64,000 nt of DNA from Phoronis australis (taxonomy: Eukaryota > Animalia > Phoronida). Position 1 is the stretch's first letter. The number at the start of each line of letters is the position of its first letter. The notes beneath the pieces were generated by a model. It did not search any database and had not been told where the DNA came from. It saw only the letters and a list, made by a program, of their open reading frames with translations. The translations under genes were made by a program, and so were the position numbers. Positions 52,201 to 64,000 of this stretch are shown here, in pieces. The DNA lies in assembly GCA_002633005.1 (NCBI GenBank), contig NMRA01000455.1:48652-112651 (forward strand). The letters are read 5' to 3'.

Positions 52201-52545
52201 ACAGCTACAAATTAAGACTGGCATCAGCTGCTTACTACTGTGTTCTTGTCAAGTGGACATTTCTAAATATTTGGTAATTTTGTCTTTCATACGAAAGTAA
52301 ACGAAGATGAGAGAGCATAACCTGGCCTGGTATTTAAACTATGGACCGATAATTACTTGTCTTATCCAATGATCTTGCAATAATTAAGTAATTGCTAATA
52401 CGGTACAACATAACTGATGCCAGTGGCGTAATAGTTTTAATCGAATAAGATGCTTTACACCACAATATTAGTGTCAAATGGCAAGTACAACCTCGTAATA
52501 ACCCATTTAGTTATCTCACTAGCGAGATAACATTTTGGCGGAAAA

Positions 52546-52616
52546 CCGAGGCCGGTTTCGAACCCGGGCCTCAAGAGTTTCGAGTCGCCGACTTTAGCAC
52601 TACACCACTCAGCGGC
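52546..52616 (-). repeat. tRNA-derived sequence or tRNA pseudogene
   Basis: Minus strand gctgagTGGTGTAGTGCT...ccggGTTCGAAAccgg has A and B boxes; the anticodon and T stems pair poorly. Confidence 0.45.
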
Positions 52617-53399
52617 TGACGTCATCGAACGTGAAAATAGACTACTTAAATGAGCGTGCACAACAATCGCATGTTCGGCAAAGGGCATTGTACCGACATT
52701 TATACGCTATGAAACATAAGACGCCTAATTTCCATAAAAACGATATTTGAATTCAGTGAATTTTTTCTCTCGTGTTCTCTCACTTGCAAATCACTGATCT
52801 CCAATTTGAATGCGGCTGTAGTGTCGTCGGGATCCTTTGACTTCAGCATTATAGTCAATTACTAGCGGTAACCTAATTTAGCAGACGATATTTTCCCGGT
52901 CGAAGCTTAGCGTGATAAAATGTGTAGTAAGCTATAATAGTTGCCAAATCTTAATTTATAGATTCACTTTACTTCTATTTTGTTTAAATTTTCAATTGGT
53001 TTTGAGTAAAAGCATTATTTGACAAAATATAGTTCGGCTTTTCTTAAAAGGTCACGACCTCCGACCCCAGACCTCTGAGATAATAAGTAGTTACAAAGCC
53101 GACATGTTCTCAGATGTTATCCCTCTAATCCAGAGCCCTTGTGGATTTCGTAGAATCATCACTCTCGGGGCTAACGCCCCTAGGGCGATAATTCTCCAAA
53201 ATCCACTCTGGGTCTAGATAACGGGCGATAACGACTTCGCCATGTATTAATCTATATATATTGATAATCCACTTTCATTGAACACATCGTGTAAAGCTCG
53301 TATTCTACCGCATTTGTTCTACACATCTTAGAAAACGTGATCCATTATTTCTGTTTACAGGCAAGACGTTGAGCAGAAATGTCATTTTACATTTACTGG

Positions 53400-54900
53400 T
53401 GTGTGTACAGGGTATGTTTAATATTTCTGTCAAATATTTTGCGCTCTTTGTGGGGTGACCTCCAATGAGTGCACAACACTGAGATGTCATGAAATGAACA
53501 CTAAAGACAATTAGCAGTCATTCATGTCCACGACTGTAGTTACCATTTGCATGATCTTCTTAGGTTCGTCAAATACACATCGGCAGCGGCCGTTACAGAA
53601 TATCACCAAATGATGTTCCTAACCGTAAGTCAGCTCAGCCTCAGTATCTCCTGGCCATTGCATATTTCCATTATTAACGGCACGATCGAGCTCAAGTCGC
53701 AGGTCTTTATATATCAAAGGGCTTTCTACCACACCAGCAGAATCATATGGCCACGGTTGGTGTCGGTATAGGTCCCCAACTAGCTGAGCAGTACGTTGCC
53801 CTACTTTTTGTATCTATCTGTCTCACAGATGTCCTATGGCATATCTTAAATTTATGTTGGAGCAATTACAGCGACAGGCTCAATCTAATGAAGGTGTTGC
53901 TTTCAGTGGACATTACAAACCAAGGAACAGATCGCGTTACAAGAATGACATTTAAAACCAAACTGGTCTCGAATTATTTATCAGTATACTTCTCTCAGAG
54001 TATTCAAATTCTTGTATCAGTTTTGCATTATAAACCACCTTGAAATAAGATAATTCACTCCACTCCAACCAGCTAATGTAAACTCAGATCGCCTCTATAT
54101 ATAAAATACAATAAAATTCAATTGAGGTCGATCAAAAAGAGCATGGTTTTATTAACAGGGCTTCTATATTTTCGAGCCGGAAAAGGCTCGTACCAAAAGA
54201 ATCACGAGCTATTGTGTTGAATCACTAAATCAGAAATATCTAAATGAAACAACCTCAACATTCACCGCCTCTAGAAGTGTGGTGACAATATTCTATGCAC
54301 TTGTACTAAAACGATAAAGATTCGAACAAACCAACCTTGGCTTAGCAACGAACTCAAGTCAGAAATTAAGAATTTAAACATATTACACAGACCCTTGAGA
54401 AAATACAAAACCAACAGACTGTGCTTTAGCAATCCATTCAAACCAGAGGTTAAGAATAAAAACATAGTGCTCAGATCATTCAGAGAAACAACAACCTTCG
54501 TTACAAGGGACAGTGCACGGTTCAACATGTTCCTGAGAAGTCTCGGTAGAAAAGATATAAATACTTCCAACTTCACGTGTCCATTTATGGAGTACGGTCT
54601 TAAACAACATAAACAGATGTTCAAATAAAATCTTTTTGGAACTCTATCACAGTCAAAGCACTAGGCCTTGGGATAGGAAGAAGCAACCCATACTCGTTTC
54701 CACTATCCCTGAGACAGGACTTGGGAGTTATTCCAAGTAACTTTCATTGTTAACTGGATTTCCTTATCAAGAAACACAAAAGAAATTACCTTATTTCTCC
54801 ATAACCATTGCTTGTTGTCATCATTAACAGCATGGTCCACGTGGAGAAATTGATTAGTGTTAATTAACTGGTCCTTGATATTATATTTCTTGTAATCATG
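53400..54900 (+). mobile_element. Decayed Penelope-like retroelement RT region
   Basis: FIYQRAFYH/QQNHMATVGVGIGPQLAEQYV resembles the PLE motif FYxQxxGxAMGSxLGPxLA. Downstream LSVDI..MTFKT resembles FLDV..VYRKPT. Many stops and frameshifts; boundaries approximate. Confidence 0.45.
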
Positions 54901-55938
54901 TGGAGCCATCTATTGAGTAGATTGATCATTGGTTTTGCATCTTAAAGGGCGATGGTGTTCTTATGATAATTAGATGTAAAATACCCGCATGTAGCCCCGG
55001 TCAGTTTGAAGTGTAGAGATGCTGTCTCTCAATCATGTTTTTGCAAAGTATTGGATTTGAAATTAGCCCACATTGAGTAAGAACTCTATTTTTTTGTGAA
55101 TTATAGTTTCTAGGACAGTTCTGAGTTCATGTCACTGTGTATTTTTTGTACAATTTGACTTAGAAGTTTTTTTTAAATTCTGACCATGCGGTTTATCAAT
55201 AAGTTACTAAAGTTTCGGATAGACGCAGCTTTTAAGTGTAAACAATATTTCAAGATGGCTGCGCCCATAGTCTATTGGTACTTGTGGTATTTTTCATTAT
55301 GATTTACTGTAGGCTACTTTCTAGTCTTTCATATCTTGAGTTTAATATTTATTTAATGTTTTAGGTTGAACTTGTTGTCAACTTGACAACTAACTTTCAT
55401 GCAATAAGTAATGTTTTATACATTGAAGTTCAAGTCTGAAGTTATAACTCATATACAATTCCAATACCAGGCCAGGCAATTCCCTTTACTCAACTACGGG
55501 TTGATCCAAACGTTTTTAACAAAAACACGACAATGTCAAACAAAATAAATCAAGACACAGTACATACACACACGGACACGCACACACACGCACACACATA
55601 CACATATATATATACCCTAGGACGCGTTGCGCAGCCCAGCTCTGAGATGATAGTGTCTTTCTCCTGGGTCTTTCATATGACTTAATGGGAAACTGAAAAA
55701 CTTAAAACTTCTTTTTGAAATTCAGTAATGCGCCTTCCTTTTGCGAATGTTGTGGTAAATTGAGATAGCCGCAAACTTAAACTTTATATTAAAAACCGAT
55801 GTTGGGTTGTCTATCTAAAACGCAAAGTCATTATATTTATTAAAACGCCCGACTGCCCAAAAATGCGTTATGCATGAAAATTGAAGTTCGTCCTTTATAA
55901 CCGCTGTAGACAGATTGACAAGCCACTGACGGTTATCG

Positions 55939-56334
55939 ATGGAACCGCAACATACATGTATGAAGCTGTTCATTGCTGCGACATTTTTGTGGTATCACTT
56001 TTACACTTGTCAATCAAAAACTCTATTTGAAAATGAAATTAAAACATGCTCTGCGGTAGCGCCAGGGTTTATAGCCAATGTCCTACGTGTAAACGCAGAA
56101 GAGACCCATCCACAGTCCTATTTCGGAAAGCAAACATGCTCAAGAAGTTTTATCGAATGTGCGATCTTCTGCAAAAGAGACGGAAACTGTGCCTCAGCTT
56201 ACTATGAAGACGAAACGCAGACATGTTACTTTTATCGAGAAAGCATTCACGAGCTGACGCCCAACGTAGCAGGCAGAAAAGAGCACCAAAATATGGGAAA
56301 CGCTGAGAAAATTGGCCACTTTAAATCGGATCAG
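55939..56334 (+). CDS. First exon C (signal peptide + PAN/Apple-like), paralog of gene B exon 1; no own downstream exons found
   Basis: MKLFIAATFLWYHFYTCQSKTLFENEIKTC..SFIECAIFCKRDGNCASAYYE..TCYF..GHFKSDQ|gtaaat; phase-0 donor at the homologous position; the start may be ATG 55960. Confidence 0.8.
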
Positions 56335-57993
56335 GTAAATTCATGTTTTGTTAGTGCTAAAGTACTTATTTCATCTACAAGTCCATGTTTGCGCGTGTTT
56401 TCCACGAAGGCTTCACCTACTGTAGGTGTAAGTGCAGGTTTAGGCTACCGCTGAAGTGGGTTATCGTAGTCTTGGTATATAAATGGGTAAGATTTTCTTT
56501 GATTTTTATGTCGACATTTGTCAACATTTTGAGTCAAGTATGTATTTGGGTGTATGTTTCAAGCGTATTTCGTACGGAAACTGCTGGGTGTGTTCACAGT
56601 CCGTAGGTGCTGGAATTGGTGTACTGCTAGACCCAAAAGAGAGCCTCTTTCGTTGAAGAACGCACCTGGGGTTTCACCAGGGCGTCACACTTAACATTTT
56701 ACGTTTTAGGCGTTCAGCGCGCGTGCATCTAAAGCCCATGCCCCTTTATCCGAAACAGTACATCGAAGCATTTAGCATATAAGAACATGTACCAAAATTG
56801 ATTTACAGGCGCGTGTGGTAATCCTTTAATTAGTCCATCTGCTAGATTTGTCATTTTCTATTCATCTTTTGTAATTTTTCTTTTCACTTTCGAATGAGTA
56901 CACGTTAGAATTTAGTGTTTGAACGTACACTGTAAAATTTGGAAGTGTTGGGTCGTTGCCATACGCCACGACGAAGGAAAATATGTCTGAGTAAAATTTA
57001 TAAATGTTTTCGAAAAGTCATAGATCATATTTTGTCGCATCTCGGTTGGTGAGCAGCATAGCAACGACCGGTCAGCTAGGCTGTGTTTTCATGACATCTT
57101 GTTGAAACATGATACATTTTTCTTTCCAAAAAGGACAGGGCCCTCAATCCCTCGATTTTAGGTCTGAATATCGGCCCTATTCCCCTCTCAAAAATATTGA
57201 AAAATCCCCCAAAGTTCCCCCCACGAGGCCTAAGAATTCCCCTAAAGATTGAAAAGTTCTCTCCGAAGTTCAAATCACCTGTAACCACACAGGTTACAAT
57301 TTGAAAGATCACAAAACGCTACTTGAGACAGAGCCTATGAGAGCTTGCAACAGGGCGGGGGTGCTATTGATGGTGATCGGGAGGTAGATTTTTCCCTCCC
57401 TCCGCTCGGCGAAAAAAATTACCCTCTCAGAAGGCACAGGCACCTTTTCCTTCGGATGAAAGAGGCCCCTGAAGAAACATGATAACTATGCTTGCTCTGT
57501 CCATTTAACTGAAATTGAGCTCTAAAGCGAGATTATAATTTGGACGAACGAATTAGGTATTTTAATTTTAAAATTCAACTTGGTCCAGATTGGTACATGA
57601 AATTGACGTAAGAATTATTAAAACCAAGAAAGCAGAATTGGTGGTCAAATAATTAATTGTGAATGTGTGCAAGGGATTGAATGAAAACCTGGATATAATG
57701 CGAAAGCGATTTCTGGGGCTGTGATCGTTTTTGTTTTGTTTTTTTCAAAATTTAAAAAATGGTCAAATAATATTTATTTTCAATTACGAGCCTGATTTTT
57801 ATTTTAGAAAAAGTATATTTTAAAGCAAGTTATTCTTTCAGATCAATGGCAAATCATGTTAGTCCCGGTAGTCCCTACCTCACTAGGACCTAGGCCATGC
57901 ATGATGTTAATATTCTTGATCAATAAAATTAAACCAGATGTGACTAATTGCATATGGCAACAAAATGCGATGAGCCACCAATGTCGAATATAT

Positions 57994-58132
57994 CCCCCTC
58001 TTCCCCTCTCCCCCTCTCCACCTCCCTCTCCCCCTCTCCTCCTTCCCGCTCTCCCCCTACCCCTCTCTCCCTCCCCCTCCCTCACCCTCTCCCTCTCCCC
58101 ATCTCCCTCTCCCTCCCTCCTTCCCTCTCTCT
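57994..58132. repeat. Polypyrimidine (CT-rich) low-complexity tract
   Basis: About 140 bp of almost only C and T on the + strand. Confidence 0.9.
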
Positions 58133-58264
58133 GTATACTCAACAAATATCGGGTTTTCTAGTTACGTTTTACACACTGGAAACGCGATACTGAACACATG
58201 TTGGATTTGCAATTTTCAATTCCAACTAGCAGGGTTGCGCGAGCATTTTTCATAGCAATTCCTG

Positions 58265-58665
58265 GGCCCAATCTCCAATCTTTTTACTCGAAATGGAACT
58301 CGAAATTAGGTTTGGCATTTTCTACTCTACTTTTGGGCGAACTCAAGATAAGTGTCTATTATTCTATGCTCGAGTACACAATAACTTATGTAGATAATTT
58401 ATTGCCCTTAGTTCACAGTTTGTAAACCCAATATTAAAGCAATAAGTTCGAGTTTGAACTCGAAATTTCGAGTTTTTACTCGAGTTTGTAGCACGAATAT
58501 AAGGGTCTTCAAGGGCAAACTTGAACTAAAAACTCCTATGCATAAACTATAATGTATTCGAGCACAGTCTGATAACCAATTATCTTAAGTTCGCACAAAA
58601 GGAGCAGAGAAATTGCCAAAAATAGTTTCAAGTTCGTTTTGAGTGCAAAGATTAGAGACCGGGCC
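58265..58665. mobile_element. PIF/Harbinger-type MITE
   Basis: Imperfect TIRs of about 40 bp starting GGCCC; CTG on both flanks (58262-58264, 58666-58668). Confidence 0.6.
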
Positions 58666-58689
58666 CTGGTTTCACTGTCATTCACTTAA

Positions 58690-60308
58690 AGGAGCATGCC
58701 ACCCAAAAAAACAACCTAATTTGCATCAATTTAGATCGAGTAGTTCTACTATATAACGACACATACGGTTGCGTTACCTGACACCTGAAGGCAGACGGAG
58801 GTGTTGAAATTATCCAATGACGTCATCAGTTTCACACGCAGTCTGTTCAGCAGTTCACAACAAGGGTTACTGGTGTCAGCTTATCGCTTGAAGTCATCGT
58901 TTAACACCAATAAATCATCAAACTTTGATGTAAAACCCTTAAAAATACACCGAGTTCTCATAAAAACGTGTTATTTCGCTCTTACGGATTTATTGGTATT
59001 TGGACACACCGTAGCCTACAAAGTTCAGCAGGCCAATAAGGTCCCTAGAAGGAGTTTGGGGTCTGTTCGGAGATAATTTCGAAGTATTTTCCGTGAAATA
59101 CAGACAGGAGAACCTAGATCTGTGTTGTTTAGACTTGTGATTTTTTTAGTTCTAAACACAAAACGCTTGTTATCCTGGCCAGTGGCTCGGAAACTGATCA
59201 GACATCACGAACATAAACCAGTCAAAGTTCAGTGGAAACTAAACTTCCAGTCAAGAAAATACTATACTAGTGAGCCAAAGTAATGTGCACATGATTATGT
59301 TGGTGAATTATAAGCCACGAAAATGCAAATCTACTTACTCGTCGGGGGCGGCGAATTCAGGTTCCGCTTTGGCCACAGCACCAGGGTAGAAGTTGTACAG
59401 TACATTGACAATCATTATTTGAGTAATGTAAATGTAAATAAAGAGTCCCCTAACACCTGGCCGTGGGGTGGAAATCGAGTTGCTTCACAACAGTTTCTGC
59501 CAGCAAACACTAAATTAGCAAGAGCTCACACGGTCTCGGTGTCCAGTCAATTAGTTTTATTGCACCTTAAAAGCCGGTAACGCAGTGATTTATTCATTGC
59601 TGGTTTCTCAAATCATTTGCACTCGAGAACACTCCAAAGGCATTACAAATTGCATCTAATGAGACAGGCTTTGTTTCAGTTTTATATAAGTTTTGGTTAG
59701 GGTGAGAATAATTTATTTTGAAACAGAACGCTCAGTAATAAACGCCAACATGGCAACTCGCAATGACTTCGGGACGAGCTAGAGCTCATCAGTCCCGACT
59801 TTGCAGGTGGATCATTAAGTTTTACAGGCTATCAATATTCGAGCAGGAATATAGAGATGAAGAAATACTGGATAGGCGCCGTGAACAGGCTCAGACAACG
59901 GAACGTATGGAGTTATTTGGTAAGCCGACATTCGTTAGTAGGCACTGTCGACGCCGGACGTCTGCAGGCCACATACACGGAGATGTTTCACGGCCTCATA
60001 CTTGCTATTTACAGCGTACATTTCATTCTTCACTACCATGAAGCACTTCTTAAGCATTTTGGTCTCTCGAAAAAGTAAAAAAACGATATACCCGCTTTCC
60101 GCGCAGCTGCTTAGTTCGGACAAGCGGGAACGATGCACCGCAACATAGCGACATTCACTCTGCATGTGAACCACTGACGTCGCTAGCGTCGTTTCTCAGG
60201 TTGACGCGACACCTCTTGGCAAGGTAAGGTCATCCGTTTACGAGGCGACGTGGATATAGACCGATTAAGACGGCAAAAAAGACTAATTAAATCGAGTGGC
60301 ATTGTCCT
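58690..60308. mobile_element. Older internally deleted Kolobok-like element (different subfamily)
   Basis: TTAA at 58686-58689 and 60309-60312; TIRs aggagcatgccac/aggacaatgccac. Plus-strand stub IFEQEYRDEE (KolX-like). Minus-strand stub from ATG 60146, MLRCIVPACPN*..VKNEMYAVNSKYEAVKHLRVCG, aligns with VKNAALPVHATYKALENYRVCG of copies 1 and 2. Confidence 0.75.
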
Positions 60309-61811
60309 TTAAACAGATTTTAAACCTTGTTTTGTGATTTCCACCAATCCTCGTTCAGTCGCCTGCTAATGGCTAATACATCATTAGCGTCCCGCCTGAA
60401 TGATAAAAGTTGGACCTCTGTAGCAATATGGCATTGCTGCGATTTCAGTTTACTATAGAACTCAAACAATCTAGTATTGCAAAAATATCTGTTCGAATGC
60501 AGAATCTGAAGGAAGGATGATTTAAGAGGAGTGCTGGCCTATGTCTAGAATGGAAGAGAGGTGGTGATTTTGTGCTGAAAACTCTCAGTTTTTCGTTTTT
60601 TGCCACTTTGTTTCGGAGCTTCATTTCCATTTCCATGGTAACGAAAGGTTCAAAAGCATGACGCGGGATAAATATTTTGTGGCCTTGTGTAGTTTTCGAA
60701 AGGCCTAGAATGAATACGGGCAACAGATCCAGCTTCTCCGGAATCTCATGTCCGATGTGCGTGTTATGATACTAAGAACACCTAGAAGTATACAGTTTAC
60801 AGTGCAGTTGTGAGCACATTTCAAGGCTTTGCATTTTAAGAAAGCATTTGCAGGTAGCCAAGTACACGGTAAAATACCTGCGCAGGTCGCTTAGGGGCAT
60901 TGCATTGATCACCTGGAATTATTTTTATAATTTTTTCATGCATGCATGCATATGTATATATTTGAAACCGAGCTCAGGCACTACAGACCTAATACAAGGG
61001 CCATTTATCGAATCGAACTTGGATCCGCTAGACGACCGTTCGACTAATACATGTACCATGGTTCCAGGTTCAGCTCCGAGATGAGGTTGATTTCTAAAAT
61101 TAAAACAGTTTTCCCGCCGAATTCTACCGTTGTAGTCATTCATTCTGTTTATTCAATATCAATACTTGCGACTTGTTGTCTCTGTAGAAGTGTCCCAGAT
61201 CCCATAAAGCAGCATTACGACAGAGTTTCTATTGGTTTTGATTTAAACAATTCACCGTATTAAAATGTTCATTGTTCTACGTGTAGTTTGAAGTGATATC
61301 GGTGCTCCCAAATTCTCGATTCGCCAGTTCTTCATACCAGACTCACCGAATTCGTTGTCATGCCAACACCTGAAGTTTAATTAGATTAACTTGAATACTT
61401 AATGAACTGCCATTTCTTCCCAAATCACACCTCTACTTTTATCCAAAGATCAGTGTTGAGACCAATTTTGTAGCTGCCAGTGGCTAAATCAGATAGTGTT
61501 TTCTAAGGAAAGCACGGATTTAATGCCGCTGTATTGCTTTTGAAACCCCGTGATGTAGTGTACAACGCGGTATTGGAATTATTTTCACTATCGATTTTTA
61601 AATGCTTCGAAGCATGTTCAGGATCGATTCGTCTGACGTGCATCGTCGATAAACTAGGCATCGATTGAAAAGTTTGAATAAAAGAACCAGATCTTCACAC
61701 GTATTAAGTTCGATGCTTGTGTCTCGGCGTAACGTATCGATGAGCAGGGCATAACGTACTTCTTAATTGATAGTTTAGTTTCATTCATATCACGCTGTTG
61801 TGTTTTGGAAA

Positions 61812-62180
61812 ATGAGACTGTCTCTTGTCATAGCAGTTCTGTTTTGTGGCTTTTTCACTTGTCAGTCTGAAACATTGTTTGCGAATGAAATCAAAACATG
61901 TTCTTTCTTAGCGAAAGGGTTTACTACCAGTGTTAAAAATGTGTCCTCTTCGTTTTCCCCGTCATATTTCGAAAAACGAAGCGGCACAAGAAGTCAGATT
62001 GAATGCTCACTTTACTGCCGAAGAAACTCGGCTTGCATCTCGGCTTACTTCGAAGACGATACAAAAACATGTTATTTTTCTCGCGAGACCTACCACGAGA
62101 TGGACTCACCAGGAAAAGATGGAAAACCGGGAGAAAATGTTGGAAAGATTCAAAGAATCGGAGTCTTTAAATCGGATGAG
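61812..62180 (+). CDS. First exon D (signal peptide + PAN/Apple-like); gene presumably continues beyond the window
   Basis: MRLSLVIAVLFCGFFTCQSETLFANEIKTC..SQIECSLYCRRNSACISAYFE..TCYFS..GVFKSDE|gtaaat; phase-0 donor. Confidence 0.85.
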
Positions 62181-64000
62181 GTAAATTTGCTATTTTGCTT
62201 GAACCATCTGTGGCAAAGAAATTTGTTTCATGTGTTTCTATACACATTTTAATGTTTCAAAAGTGCCTTTGGTAAGGAATCAGATGATAGAATATTGAAA
62301 AAGTTATGTAACCGTTTATGAAAGAAAATCAAAAGGAATATCATTATAAAAAGTTTGCAAATAACATCCGAAATTTTGCAATAAATTGGTCACACAATGC
62401 GGTTTCACGTACTGTGCCAGTTCACGTTTGAGAAATTTCTGATATAAATGTCGCTGCGCAGTTAGTTTGATTCAAAAAGTAAACTGCAAAAAATTTCCCA
62501 TTGAATTAGCGTAAAAGAACACTTTTTGTTAAAAAGTGCTACCGCTCCCTAGTAGGCTTGTCATTTAAAATGTTAGCTTCTGATTGCACCACCAACAATA
62601 TTATTTACCTTATAAAAAATGTTTTATCCAATACGTAGGACAAACTCAACATAATCTACAACTCGGTTTCGTAATCATAGATTTAACATAATACATAAAA
62701 ACATTTCTGATACTATAGGTAATCATTTCTATTCCAAAAACCATACAAATAATAGAAAAACTCCAACACCCCAGTACCCCTCACAGACTCAAAAGAGAAC
62801 GATATTGGATAGACAAGCTCAATACAATAGAACCTCATGGATTGAACATAAAAACTTCTTAAAATTTGTCATTGAACTTTTTACGCAAAAATGTATCATA
62901 TTCATTACACCATATCTTATATGTCAATTGTCATATAGTGTTTGATTTCACTTTATTTCTGTTTCTGTTGACAAAAGAAGTTATTACATCCGAAAATTTC
63001 AGTTGATCCGTTCTTGTTGTTTTATTTACCTATTTATATTCTTAGTTTCCAAGCAATACAATACGATTGAAAAACATTTTCGGCACCTGAGCTTCAACTC
63101 TGGCGTTCGAGTCATGTGCCAATGTTTTTTGTTTGACTAGATTTTTCATTGATAAAATAGATCTGATGAAACTAAACGGTTTTGAGTATTTCAATAAATT
63201 GTTGTTACCGTGATCTAGCTACTATGTGCCATCAAAACTTATGCTTTGAAAAGCGAATGCATTATGGACCATTTCGTTAAATATGTTGTCAGTTTCATAA
63301 GTTTGCAAAAACTCAGGTTGTGTAAGAAAAGTGTAGGTATTGTGAGCGAAACTGAATAAAAAATAATAAAATTCAAATTAAACCATTCACCTGTACAACT
63401 ATCCTTTATAATTACATTTGGACTGCATTCCATACGTCTTCTAATGTGTTAATGACGTCAATATCAATTACATCATGCATGTCACGAGTTTGCAAGTAAG
63501 TGTTTGTTGTAACAATCGATCAGTGATTAGGCTACAAGGGCATCACTTGACAATCTTTGTAAAGGATTTCCTTAATTAGTGTAATGAACCGGTAACCTAC
63601 TGTCCAGACATTTCTTTCTGCTTAGTGTTGCCTGAAGAGCAACTGTTTGCCCGAATCTATCTTAACGTGCATGCAATTTTTGTTATTTATCGTAGTGACG
63701 TGTATGCATTGTAGAACACCATACAAAAACAAGTCAACTAAACTTTTCACGCAACATCGCCAGCCTCTCTTGGGATTACAAGTCACGGTTAAACACAATA
63801 TAGGCAAGTCCTGAGACAATCTAGTGTCCTTATCAAAAACCTCACAAGAGTTTCCGGATAACTTGGAAACAAGTCTGAAAGAGAACATTTACTTGGAAAC
63901 TTCGTTCTTAAACTATTATACCTGGTGCATACGAAAATAAAATGCATTTCGTCTTCAATTAAATTTGTGTTAGATTCTTTACATAACCCTTCATGTAATG

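Noticed and set aside
52546-52616. Functional tRNA gene
   Set aside because: A and B boxes are present but the stems mispair; the same applies to 26419-26485.
57843-58193. Pro/Ser-rich and Gly/Arg/Glu-rich ORFs
   Set aside because: Translations of a CT-rich microsatellite.

Overview
AT-rich, intron-containing animal genomic DNA, probably a marine invertebrate (inferred from gene and repeat content); most entries in the ORF track are spurious. The + strand carries a tandem cluster of a multi-exon gene family that I reconstructed from GT-AG boundaries and paralog alignment. Gene A has exons 3-12 (2956-25552; 5' end outside the window). Gene B is complete, 12 exons, 30521-48525, 677 aa. Two further intact first exons, C (55939-56334) and D (61812-62180), have no downstream exons between them. 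The predicted secreted protein is signal peptide - PAN/Apple-like - 5-Cys module - CTHRC1 C-terminal domain - fibronectin type II - CTHRC1-C - CTHRC1-C, with no collagen helix. It may be a single-chain pseudo-trimer, and paralog divergence is concentrated in equivalent loops. Introns and spacers hold internally deleted TTAA-flanked Kolobok-like elements (convergent THAP and KolX/P2X7-ballast-like stubs), a Helentron/DINE-1-like tandem, MITEs, and decayed LINE, Penelope and Harbinger fragments. About 30 TACATGTA octamers occur; comparing the two Kolobok copies shows one TACATGTA and one TACTGTA arising as insertions at TA, resembling transposon excision footprints. All domain calls come from motif recognition, not database searches.
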